A program made the translations under genes and the position numbers. A stretch of DNA of 60,075 bases, taken from a virus. Taxonomy: Duplodnaviria > Heunggongvirae > Uroviricota > Caudoviricetes. The notes under the pieces are model-generated. The model saw only the letters and a list, made by a program, of their open reading frames with translations. It was not told the DNA's origin and ran no database searches. Below are positions 22,701 to 30,509 of the stretch, piece by piece. Numbering within the stretch: the first letter of the stretch is position 1; each line of letters starts with the position of its first letter. Where the stretch lies: positions 1-60,075 of the IMG/VR virus record IMGVR_UViG_3300024259_001450, one strand, 5' to 3'.

Positions 22701-24470
22701 GATGGGTATCTGCAATTTTCTGACATAGAAACAGGAAAAGATTTCGTTGTCGAAGATGAGTTGGTGGCCAATAGAGTTGTCTTTGATCCTCAAGAAGTCA
22801 CGGTGTCTGATGGTGTCGGATATGCTAGATTAATTTCTAGACATGATGATTACATCGCCAAGCTGTTAGAAAATGTATCTTTTACTATGGGCGAACAGTC
22901 TTTAAGATACAAGATTATTGTACAGGGAACTGTAACTCATGGAACTTATTACGGTCAGAATTTCGTTTACAACACAGCGGATCGTGATCAAGTCGTTATT
23001 GTGGACGATTCTAATTGCGTGCCTGGGGCTTCTAATCTAGAAATAGATTCGTTAGCCACCGACAATGAATCTGCATTTGATCTTTTGTCTAATCCTTTGG
23101 CTCAACAAGAACCACAAGTTGTTAATTGCTATTCTGATATAGCTTGGATTCCTATTATTGAAAATATGACACCTAATGGTATCGTTAGCGCTTCTTCCGC
23201 TAAAAATGTTATAGATACATTGAGGCTGTACGATGATATCGGCGGCTCTCCGTTCTACGATGCTCTTGTCGATAGTTCTAAATTCCTCATGGATAATGAA
23301 TCATATATAGGGACTGAAAAAATGATTTATGCGTTTACGGACAAAGAACCTAATTGCTCTATCAATTCATTAGATGAGGCAGCGATTGAGGTTAATGCTA
23401 TTGATCGCGTGTACGAGGTACCAGTTGTGATAGCTAACCTGGCACTTGGAACAGGTGCCGTAATTCCTAGTTTATTCAGAAAAACAGATTTCCCACTATT
23501 CAATCTGTTGACAAATAAAACTGATTCTCAAGGGGTTACTATTTCTTCGAACGATATAAACGTTATTAACGACGCTGTGTTTATGTTGACTGGTGCCGCT
23601 AAAGGCTCTTTGGGCTTTGGAGAATCAACGTTTGTTTTCGACTTTGGAGAATCTGTGATTCTACAGAGTGCCGCTGTCAACTATCAATTGTTCACTAATA
23701 CTAATGGGAGATGGCGTATGTCTGTTAGCGTAGACGGATATAACTACTCAGATTATAGTATATTCTTTAAACCTAATAATGTATCATTCTTTAATTCACC
23801 GTGTAGGTATGTCAGATTCGATATGGAGTTGTATAGCGGTTTGAGCATAGGGAATGAAGAACCTTATGAAGACATACCAACTGGTGGAGTGCCTACAATT
23901 CGTGATATAGATATATGTTATAAGCCGCAGCAAATAGAGTACATATATGCCGATGCTGTTGATGGGGAGAAAATAGACCAATTGGTTATTGCCACTAATT
24001 CCAACAGCACACATGACGATGCTCAGGTGATTTACGGCGGTGTTTCTTCAACTGAATGGAGTCACAACTGGGATGATTTCCAAAGTGGTGCCCAGCCTGC
24101 CGTAGAAGATAGCGGTAGGATTGTGGTCCCAACAAGAAGAGGAACGGCTGCTGGCGAGAGAATAGAACCACTCGAAAATACAGATGGTTATTTGTTCAAA
24201 GCACCGAATGGAAGATGGGGTTCAGAGTCTACGGTTACTGTGTACGTGGTTTCTGGAGGTTTACAAGTGACTGTGAATAGTTCTAAATACAAAACAATTC
24301 CTAGAGATGGTGTTGTGATATTTAATGAAAATCGCAATAGCGAAGGACAGCACTATATCAATATATTGAAGAAGGATTCATATCGTCTTGGTTTGCAACT
24401 GGTCAATAACGAAGAAGATAATTTAGAATTATATGGCGTAGCTAGAATGCACAACGAAGAGCCAGATTAA
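16716..24470 (+). CDS. Giant multidomain virion/adhesin protein (2584 aa): VWA, FN3, LamG, dockerin/EF-hand-like loop, Kelch repeats
   Basis: VWA MIDAS start FDTSGSM; LamG WHFDEG..FTVMAWIKP..EWNHIAVV..FYING; FN3 YYYTVIAIDRYGNFS; DLNGDGIIDERD; Kelch repeats KLYAIGG..VERYN..W and IYVVGG..VERYDPTTDSW. Confidence 0.8.
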   Translation: MQLCIYNLELGSWEVVNYTDWLSLSNLECADTIASSMPFYGYYHVFHGTTDTTKDVWHIRDDKSHALRVYEDFQSLDAYGEKIIIPPADERCLNVNVFTPDYEDIRNTETVADELGGEDITLKLDDKIINMIFDTSGSMGWNDHEGSRYDLGERVINKLSSVYPGNINYSIFRFGGQPFNLIFGGVAEADFPATDLSCAADICGDSSSRFYGIRVVRKEFSYPSTPIDGDILFDGIADSFLDTGLELETTYYYSLFTFDKEGNFSDGIPLKYTTNGDTVPAGLSLASGNALVGSGVIIDGNVPNVWHFDEGYENNAYDFNASTDLSLFNHQWLNKADVPSGTAGVRFNGTTTRASSALTRDAVFTRDFTVMAWIKPYTFDGKKPIVYRQDNATNGWAVEIQNGTGRIQFVLQGATVGTSSFAVDLHEWNHIAVVVDGVGDGTFYINGISAGEFSISSANIDTNMFIDVGYDRIGDRYFFGEITEISIHDVARSVSYIAQYSSPASFDNYRDNGDRLVLIKGNVPDTFDYDTVEILGRVFRAPANEDDGTLIYTGVADTGEFYATYRENFVAGSTYYCRVFTKNSSDIYSHIYDSQKIDISIPIISQENRQLLGLVGDTAAIDLPSPTISSVLEDNGKIYIGWDIDELLANPDIIIVRIYVSTNGYPIVGDICTNGELVFEGDPSEGYFVHRDLIVGEDYYYTVIAIDRYGNFSEVANTKASPNGADSPTSLPLISIDSVSYEIKDENSVKIFWNDVLPSRDVQTFFDTRLALFAKLVDQYGEIITERDDVNVSLVVSGTTTMAPDAAPDVFLGETTVEDVSVDGLYKYAIEKLSSGITKGLLYLDPADSTILKNVESVNLTVRFKVSIADPENTSENLFEYTSSPVYARFANPLRFEFVNRDHKVVTKRCATQLAQLNSQFTSESIKYHGAYLNASEPFTLRAYLDFRNRQLDVSSTVSIAIHDATKDLCDKSTSPVDAGVSDTIVLVGSEFLVQQAVENVLDINGNPIGIKKAVSFIDIPINMPKTPQSVYVYVKFFFEGYGYVKRFFAVFESPLQIEVAPRVPIADGINQAEQYAVTYLIDGDDPQDASSRTYLNDIWMQWTLEPLQSNTPRKALSYTGDPAYDYATNLNEAYSYVTTGGSTKNVLIGPVQSVSIVDADSNGNPTFESHRLTASCAYSGYTASESYNLEFFPIGFEEPVPVSELTSDNDSTITFTPSDLYAAVTAAVGSVPGSPKWNNSLDLNGDGIIDERDQSLALQFMTETTDIQLSQQFAPGTSGSYMLMELPNYKQEFWTDGRSYAKMTVSHDPANSTTKYSDAFRGCVAAVQKDLVELSPGQSTLIYTNDSEIEIIWGDVIEYVDPYVGDWVLDTTNAFIATGYAFINLSDGNDTEVFFRVNRKQENKPVGFEKAYNSICEDFLGISSLLQYEKEVTVTGSTVALFDDNNITSTISLRGGGTINSGIIPTMLIPKEPLQIRVADRQADNVSTEAFVIDGLTSNEIVLDVSFAGRSVPDGTKVSVNIVNKYEDIITTADSEVETLIYTDPLIDPDNARSYATVTIRPIEPGRTFESQIFMTVKYDFSGEVKRSETLCVTVSNDAEKSLPDSSVTTINTIFSKRLERCDLAPPPDEVVWTSRLDMNHPRGHLVTEVVGTKLYAIGGIDGSEISGVVERYNHTTNEWKDKSVMPTKRMMSMSVQSGGEIYVVGGIGFDFTDNKVVVSNAVERYDPTTDSWEHLADMPDINLGGPDNVSYGVAGGTAQLIDNKIYILSGVREISSDGTVVDYNDRILAYDIGTDLWWYSDAITSSDLDNYFRVFPTSFRDGFNIQVMGGTYQDSVTNEYIANTYSYDVLGGVLSHSEWKLDILPDFRNKATCVSNGDLHYIIGGIDSVNNIVKTCEEISHIGGPDPDYLKQYMTDIPKGRNGVAAAVIRDLGVDYLYIVGGIESGKGNNFLQVFVDIFDHDMFLNHEQSIGIKIRLLDDSGEIPSGNITLLLDGYLQFSDIETGKDFVVEDELVANRVVFDPQEVTVSDGVGYARLISRHDDYIAKLLENVSFTMGEQSLRYKIIVQGTVTHGTYYGQNFVYNTADRDQVVIVDDSNCVPGASNLEIDSLATDNESAFDLLSNPLAQQEPQVVNCYSDIAWIPIIENMTPNGIVSASSAKNVIDTLRLYDDIGGSPFYDALVDSSKFLMDNESYIGTEKMIYAFTDKEPNCSINSLDEAAIEVNAIDRVYEVPVVIANLALGTGAVIPSLFRKTDFPLFNLLTNKTDSQGVTISSNDINVINDAVFMLTGAAKGSLGFGESTFVFDFGESVILQSAAVNYQLFTNTNGRWRMSVSVDGYNYSDYSIFFKPNNVSFFNSPCRYVRFDMELYSGLSIGNEEPYEDIPTGGVPTIRDIDICYKPQQIEYIYADAVDGEKIDQLVIATNSNSTHDDAQVIYGGVSSTEWSHNWDDFQSGAQPAVEDSGRIVVPTRRGTAAGERIEPLENTDGYLFKAPNGRWGSESTVTVYVVSGGLQVTVNSSKYKTIPRDGVVIFNENRNSEGQHYINILKKDSYRLGLQLVNNEEDNLELYGVARMHNEEPD

Positions 24471-24478
24471 AATAGACG

Positions 24479-25279
24479 GTGACGATCAATCACGATATTA
24501 TTTCTCACATGAAACCTAAAGCTTTAGCAGTAAAACTAAGCCAAAAAATGACATCTTTGGATTTGGTGGTTTTGTCACACAATGGTTTAGAAGTTACTAA
24601 ACATTTTCTAGATTTATTGTATCAAAATACCAAGGTGGACGATTGGCACTTGGTTATGATAGATAATGGTTCTACTGATGGAACGCCAGAATATTTGAAA
24701 AAAGAGGCTAATTCACGAAAAAATATGTCGTTATTTTTAGTGGATCAAAACACTGGTGTCATTGGCGGAAGAAATCTTGGATATGAAATTGTTTCAAAGA
24801 CACTTCCTCGTGACATTAAAAAACACATTATATTTTTAGATAATGATCAATATGTACAACCCGGTTGGTTGTCAGACCATATTAATTTTTTGGACAAAGG
24901 TTATGATTTGGTCGGTGTGGAAGCGTGGCAATTAAACGGAAGATTTATTCCCGTAAGACATATAGAACATATCAAAGAGCATTTTTCATATGTTGGATGT
25001 GGTGGAATGCTCATTAAGAGAGAAGTGACCGATAAAATTGGCATGTTTGATGAGAGATTTAACCCATGTTATTTTGAAGACCCAGATTTCAATTTTAAAG
25101 CTTATAAAGAAGGGTTTAAAATAGGTTGGAATTATAATGCAAAAATAATTCATATGCCACATCAAACATTGGGGAAGTTAGATCAAAAAGAAAAGCATCA
25201 ACGTTTTGTTAACAGCTTAATGAAGATGAGAGAGAAGTGGAAGGGATTTACTCCTCCAAGGTTATATCAAAATGAATAA
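24479..25279 (+). CDS. Glycosyltransferase family 2 (true start possibly 24509 or 24548)
   Basis: IDNGSTDGT, FLDND DxD motif, GMFDERFNPCYFEDPDF. Confidence 0.9.
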   Translation: MTINHDIISHMKPKALAVKLSQKMTSLDLVVLSHNGLEVTKHFLDLLYQNTKVDDWHLVMIDNGSTDGTPEYLKKEANSRKNMSLFLVDQNTGVIGGRNLGYEIVSKTLPRDIKKHIIFLDNDQYVQPGWLSDHINFLDKGYDLVGVEAWQLNGRFIPVRHIEHIKEHFSYVGCGGMLIKREVTDKIGMFDERFNPCYFEDPDFNFKAYKEGFKIGWNYNAKIIHMPHQTLGKLDQKEKHQRFVNSLMKMREKWKGFTPPRLYQNE

Positions 25280-26387
25280 AAAGAAATTAGTTATTGCCTG
25301 CAATCATTCATTCCCCCATATGGGAGGAGCAGAAAAAGTAATTCAACAAATCGCTGAATATATGGACGAAAAAGGTTGGGAGGTTTTTATACTTGGTAAG
25401 AGCATCAAGTCTGCTTTGGTTCACAATTTTGTTAAAATCCAAAATTGCGGTAGCACTCCATCCGAGTTCTTCCATAAATTATCTGTTATAAAACCTGACC
25501 ATCTATTAGTTTATAGCGATTATTTTGTTTTTTGGACTCATATTTTAGATCGAGTAGAATCATTGGATTATAAAGTTACATTGATACCTGTCGGAATGAA
25601 TGCTATGTTGGCCAGACCAGAATTGTTGTATAAATTACGTTCTAATAAAGATAAAATTAGTGTGGTTACACATTCCGATAATTATCAGGACTATTCTACT
25701 TGTAAGTCATTAAAAATTCCAGTTACCGTAATTCCAAATGGTATTAATTTACATGAACTCAGAAAACGAGATTTCAGTTTTAAAGAGCGATATAATATAA
25801 AGACTGAAAAAATGTTGTTGTGCGTTTCTAACTTTTTCCCAGGAAAAGGTCAAGAATATTTATTGCCGATGTTAAACAACTTTGATTCTGAGTTGAAAAA
25901 AGATTTTACGATGGTATTTATATGTACCACTGTGAATTTCGCTATTGCTAATATGCTGATGGGACGCACTAAAGCACAACTTTTAAATTGTTCTTTTAAT
26001 AGCAAAATGTTGGTTGATATTCCTCGTTGGGATGTTGTGCAAGCGTTCCATGAAGCTGATATATTTTTGTTCCCTTCTCAGAAAGAAGTCGCACCGTTGG
26101 TTATCCTCGAAGCAATGGCCTCTAAAACACCGTGGGTTTCTCTTGATGTCGGTAGCATTCCCACATTGGCTGGCGGAACTGTTATCACTGGTGCCCCGTG
26201 TGATCGAGAGGATAATAAGATGTTTAATAAGAGAATACGTGAAGAATTTTCTCAAGAGATAGAAAAACTATTGCTAGACGGTGACAGAAGAAAATGTCAA
26301 GCTGATGCTGGTTATAAAGTAATTATGAACGAATTAAATTGGGATATTATCGGAGAAAAATACTACAAGTTTTTTGAAGGAGAATAA
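25272..26387 (+). CDS. Glycosyltransferase family 4 (GT-B fold)
   Basis: PHMGGAEK, VIPNGI, ADIFLFPSQKEVAPLVILEAMAS (EX7E motif). Confidence 0.9.
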   Translation: MNKKKLVIACNHSFPHMGGAEKVIQQIAEYMDEKGWEVFILGKSIKSALVHNFVKIQNCGSTPSEFFHKLSVIKPDHLLVYSDYFVFWTHILDRVESLDYKVTLIPVGMNAMLARPELLYKLRSNKDKISVVTHSDNYQDYSTCKSLKIPVTVIPNGINLHELRKRDFSFKERYNIKTEKMLLCVSNFFPGKGQEYLLPMLNNFDSELKKDFTMVFICTTVNFAIANMLMGRTKAQLLNCSFNSKMLVDIPRWDVVQAFHEADIFLFPSQKEVAPLVILEAMASKTPWVSLDVGSIPTLAGGTVITGAPCDREDNKMFNKRIREEFSQEIEKLLLDGDRRKCQADAGYKVIMNELNWDIIGEKYYKFFEGE

Positions 26388-26388
26388 G

Positions 26389-27120
26389 ATGAATCCTTTG
26401 GTGTCAGTTGTCACAACCGTATATAATTGCGAAAAATATATAGAAGAATCGATACAATCTATTCTAGACCAAACTTTTGAAGATTTCGAATTTTTTATTA
26501 TTAATGATGGCTCTACTGATAGAACAGTAGAAAAGATAAGTCAATTTCGTGATCCTAGAATAATTGTTTTGAATCATGATTCCAATAAAAAGATACCTTT
26601 TAGAAGAAATGAGGGGATAGATTTAGCTAGAGGGAAATACATTGCGATACATGATGGCGATGATATGAGTTTGCCCCACAGATTGGAAGAAGAAGTTCGT
26701 TTTCTAGAAAAGAATGATCATATTTTCTGTTTAGGCAGTCATGCGGTCAAGGTTGATGAAGATAGCTATGAGATTGGTACAATGTTTTATCCTCCACCGC
26801 ATCACAACGGTATATTGGCCAAATTTATATATGGATATACCAACCCAATGATTGATCCAACAACTATGTTTAGGAAAGAAGATTTTGATCAGTTGGGCGG
26901 CTATTCGACTGATGAAAGGGTTTCAACAGTGCCAGATTTTGATTTGTGGGTAAGGGCATTGATATCTGATCGACTGTTTGCTAACTTGATGGTGCCACTG
27001 ATTAGGTATAGAATGAACCCTGATGGAGTCACTAGTAATAAACGCAAAGAAATGATACGACAGCATATGATTGTAGTTGGTCGTAATATGCGTGCATTAA
27101 AGAAAAAGGAAGAAAAATGA
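26389..27120 (+). CDS. Glycosyltransferase family 2
   Basis: PLVSVVTTVYNCEKYIEESIQSILDQTFEDFE..INDGSTD, IAIHDGDD. ATG at 26389 follows AGGAG RBS (ORF track begins at 26374). Confidence 0.92.
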   Translation: MNPLVSVVTTVYNCEKYIEESIQSILDQTFEDFEFFIINDGSTDRTVEKISQFRDPRIIVLNHDSNKKIPFRRNEGIDLARGKYIAIHDGDDMSLPHRLEEEVRFLEKNDHIFCLGSHAVKVDEDSYEIGTMFYPPPHHNGILAKFIYGYTNPMIDPTTMFRKEDFDQLGGYSTDERVSTVPDFDLWVRALISDRLFANLMVPLIRYRMNPDGVTSNKRKEMIRQHMIVVGRNMRALKKKEEK

Positions 27121-28373
27121 GTTCTAAGAAAAAAAGCGTTAAAAAAACAGTATTAGATAAGTATGATGCTAAATCCGGACAGCCTTGGACAGAAAAAGAA
27201 ATGGCGATGCTCTATGAGTTAAGAGTAGGGCAAGGTCGTCCATTCAGAACCATTTCAACCACTCTTAATAGAACGAGAAAGGCTTGTGAGACGAAGTTCC
27301 ATAACACCCGGTGGGAATTAAAGTCTTTTTATAACAAAGACAAGTGTAGATTAAGAGAGAACATGAAAAGGGCACTTGTCGAAAAGGTGGCAAACAATTA
27401 TGACAACAGACTTGAAACAGCATCGTTGGCTACTGAAATATTGGCTGATCGACTAGAAGAGACTGTTAAAGCTATCCCTAATGTGAAGAAAAGAGTATAT
27501 ACACAATCTAGGGCCGCAGCCAGAGCTAAGGCCAAACAAAAGCATTGTCCAGAAGATGTTGTACTTATTATAAGTGATATGCACATCGGCCATCATCACA
27601 CTTTGGAAGAAACAGGTGGAGTATCAGAATACAATTTTGATATATTTAAAAAGAGAGTTCAATTTATTCAAAAAGCTACCACAGATATCGTAGAATTGCA
27701 TTCCAAGTTATATGATTTGCCAAATCTACATCTGTTTTGTCCTGGCGATGTTGTCGCTGGCATGAACGCTGCTGGTGCGTGGTCGTCTACATATATCAAT
27801 ATGCCCATTTTAGATCAGGCTGTTGCCGGTGCAGAAGCACTAGCGGATATGATTACATACTGGTTGGGTATGTTTGATGACATATATTTCTATGGTGTTA
27901 TGGGAAATCATGGTCGTGGAGCGCCTAAAGGCACTGAAAAAGAATATGTAAACTGGGACTATCTTTGCTACAAGTTTTTGGAATCTAGATTCAAAGACAA
28001 TCCCCGCGTTCATTTCGTAGTTCCAAAGACATGGTGGATTTTTACTGAAATCCGCAATCATAAGTTCTTGATGTTGCATGGCGATGATATCAGAGGAAGT
28101 TCTAAAGCCAAGGCATTTGAAGCATGCACAGAGAGAATGTCAAGTATAATTAAGAAAATACCCGATTATACAATTGCTGGTCATTTCCATTCCGCTGCTG
28201 AATTTTCTACTAATTTTGGTAGAATACTGTTGAATGGTTCTTTTGTCGGATCAGACATATACAGTCTGAAAGCCCTTGTGAGGGCCACTAGGCCAGAACA
28301 GAAGCTTTTTGGTATTCATGACAAAATGGGCATTACATGGACTTATAACTTAGATTTGTCCATTGCTCGTTAA
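27117..28373 (+). CDS. Calcineurin-like metallophosphoesterase with an N-terminal HTH/Myb-like domain
   Basis: Motifs SDMHIG, GDVV, GNHGR, LHGD, GHFH; N-terminal WTEKEMAMLYELR..ISTTLNRT. Confidence 0.85.
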   Translation: MSSKKKSVKKTVLDKYDAKSGQPWTEKEMAMLYELRVGQGRPFRTISTTLNRTRKACETKFHNTRWELKSFYNKDKCRLRENMKRALVEKVANNYDNRLETASLATEILADRLEETVKAIPNVKKRVYTQSRAAARAKAKQKHCPEDVVLIISDMHIGHHHTLEETGGVSEYNFDIFKKRVQFIQKATTDIVELHSKLYDLPNLHLFCPGDVVAGMNAAGAWSSTYINMPILDQAVAGAEALADMITYWLGMFDDIYFYGVMGNHGRGAPKGTEKEYVNWDYLCYKFLESRFKDNPRVHFVVPKTWWIFTEIRNHKFLMLHGDDIRGSSKAKAFEACTERMSSIIKKIPDYTIAGHFHSAAEFSTNFGRILLNGSFVGSDIYSLKALVRATRPEQKLFGIHDKMGITWTYNLDLSIAR

Positions 28374-28424
28374 GAATTCAAGGATTTTTCTGTTAATATT
28401 TGAATTAATAATTGGAGTGGAATT

Positions 28425-28883
28425 ATGCTTGAATTTCCAAAGTGGTTTGATAATGTAATGCATATGTTGGATTGCCCGCATTGTCATAAAGACTTGAAAA
28501 AACCACATATTATGGCGGAAGGCATTAGAAAGAGTTTGGCTTCTAAAGGTGAAACTGCTTTTTTCATTGAATATAAATGTCCTGACTGTAATAGTGTAAC
28601 TACAATGGAATTAACTCCAATGACGTTATCAGATTTTGTCATGGAAATGCTTGACAAATTTACTGATGACGATTATAAGGAAGAAGATTCCGAAAATAAA
28701 AAAGCTACAAAAAAGAAGAAAACTCGTAGATCGAAAATAACTGTTAAAGAAATCGCAGAAGCCAAAAAAATATTCAATGGTTGTGAAACATGGGATGAAA
28801 TGATGGAAGCAGTTGGTATCACAGAAGAACAAAAACAGGAATGGTATGACGAATATGAAAAACAAGAGAAAGATAATAAATAA
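28425..28883 (+). CDS. Zinc-ribbon protein
   Basis: CPHC ... CPDC; RBS GGAG. Confidence 0.65.
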   Translation: MLEFPKWFDNVMHMLDCPHCHKDLKKPHIMAEGIRKSLASKGETAFFIEYKCPDCNSVTTMELTPMTLSDFVMEMLDKFTDDDYKEEDSENKKATKKKKTRRSKITVKEIAEAKKIFNGCETWDEMMEAVGITEEQKQEWYDEYEKQEKDNK

Positions 28884-29992
28884 TGTTTAAAGTCAGTGAT
28901 TTTAAATTACCAACAGCATTTATAAAAAAAGCGTGTTATTCTTCACATTGTGTATTTGTCGATTTGCCAGTTGTTTTTGAGTATGCTGATGAAAACCATC
29001 GTCATCCTATGTATCATAATGGCGAATTGTATATAGGTGAAACAGAATTGCTTGGGGATACTTTGTCGCGTATTATAACTGCATATCTGTTAAACTTTAA
29101 AGAAATTACAGGTGAGAATATTCCATGCTGTGAAGATTTAATGCAAAGAACCATTATATATGTAAATAACTTTTTTAGGTTTTTGTGCTTTTATCAGGAC
29201 TCATTCAGTGAGGCTAAGGACGATGCCGCGAATGCTTTGCGATTGTATCAGAAACCTTTTGTGTGGTTGATAATGAAAGATATTCTAGCACCGGCATTTG
29301 ATGAAATTGTCGCTAAAAACTGCAAGATAGTCGAAGGGCACTCTAACTGTGTAGACGCGGCGTTGTTTGTAAGCGAAGAAGAGTACAGTCGTTACGATGA
29401 CTCTGCTGGCGTTTTAGATGAGCCGTTTGTCTTTGTGAATACAGACATAGAATACGAGCCTTATTCTGCCGCTCACTTGCTTGTAGAGGCGATTAAGTGT
29501 GAAGGTGAATGTCCTGTTAGTATAATGGAAAAAGTATTTACATCGTCTTTGTATGACAAGTTGGTTGGGTTGACTAAATTGGCATTTAAATCCGATAAAG
29601 AAGTAAATGATTTTTTCTTGTGTTTGATGACGATATGCGGTTTTGATAATCAGTCGCATTTATTTATCCAAGAGGCTGTTGACGAACATGTTAAAACTGC
29701 ACAAGCCACTGGTCAGCATGGCGGAAATCAGTATCAAGATATTAGTGATACATGGTGGTTCTTAGGTCTTATAGAGAAGATGTTAGAACCAGCCAGAGGG
29801 CCAGATTGGAGTACACATAAGAGACTGCAACCGTTTTTGGAAAAGTTGTGGAATAAAATCAATAAGGAACGTAAAAAACGAGGACGAGATGGGCTTACTT
29901 ATGAGGCTTTATTGAGAATCAAAGATGGTGAAATTGATCCTGATAAGGTATTTATCTTAGAAAGAGAATTAGATTCTAATAGAACGTGGTAA
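28883..29992 (+). CDS. Hypothetical protein
   Basis: 369-aa ORF coupled by a TAATG overlap; no recognised motif. Confidence 0.6.
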   Translation: MFKVSDFKLPTAFIKKACYSSHCVFVDLPVVFEYADENHRHPMYHNGELYIGETELLGDTLSRIITAYLLNFKEITGENIPCCEDLMQRTIIYVNNFFRFLCFYQDSFSEAKDDAANALRLYQKPFVWLIMKDILAPAFDEIVAKNCKIVEGHSNCVDAALFVSEEEYSRYDDSAGVLDEPFVFVNTDIEYEPYSAAHLLVEAIKCEGECPVSIMEKVFTSSLYDKLVGLTKLAFKSDKEVNDFFLCLMTICGFDNQSHLFIQEAVDEHVKTAQATGQHGGNQYQDISDTWWFLGLIEKMLEPARGPDWSTHKRLQPFLEKLWNKINKERKKRGRDGLTYEALLRIKDGEIDPDKVFILERELDSNRTW

Positions 29993-30013
29993 AGAAAGAG
30001 CAAGGAGATTTTA

Positions 30014-30307
30014 ATGGAAAATATGGAAAAAATTGAAGAGATCGAAAATGTCGAGACAGTTGAAGAAGAGGCTGCAAGTGAGGTAGAAAAAGAAGTTATC
30101 AGAGGAATACCATCTGATAAGGAGACTGTTAGTAAAGATATTGTTGAGAAGATGCTGCGAAGTTTAGGAGCTAAAGTGGCTGGTGCTGTCAACATATTAC
30201 GTGAAGGTAAAGAAATATACGCGGAGAGAAAGATGGTGGGAATTTATCATAAGATTACTACTTATTTGAAAGAATTAAATTCTGCGGATGAAAATAATAA
30301 AGACTAA
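30014..30307 (+). CDS. Hypothetical acidic protein
   Basis: RBS AAGGAG, ATG. Confidence 0.6.
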   Translation: MENMEKIEEIENVETVEEEAASEVEKEVIRGIPSDKETVSKDIVEKMLRSLGAKVAGAVNILREGKEIYAERKMVGIYHKITTYLKELNSADENNKD

Positions 30308-30509
30308 TAATTTCGAAAAGTTGGCTGCTAATTGGGACGATCAACCCAATTTCCATACTCCTAGATATCAAAAGGAGCAAGGGCAATATATGTACTATGC
30401 AGGCGGCGATGGGAGTCCTGATGGCGAGGACGAAATCGAAAAACGATGGGGCAAGGATAAGAAGAAAAAGAAAAAACGAAGAAAGAATAAAAAGAAGCAT
30501 AAGGAGTGA
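30288..30509 (+). CDS. Small protein with a highly basic C-terminus
   Basis: Ends KDKKKKKKRRKNKKKHKE; overlaps both neighbours in operon style. Confidence 0.55.
   Translation: MKIIKTNNFEKLAANWDDQPNFHTPRYQKEQGQYMYYAGGDGSPDGEDEIEKRWGKDKKKKKKRRKNKKKHKE

Noticed and set aside
14179-24470. Diversity-generating retroelement acting on the tail adhesins
   Set aside because: No reverse transcriptase and no template/variable repeat pair is visible in the window
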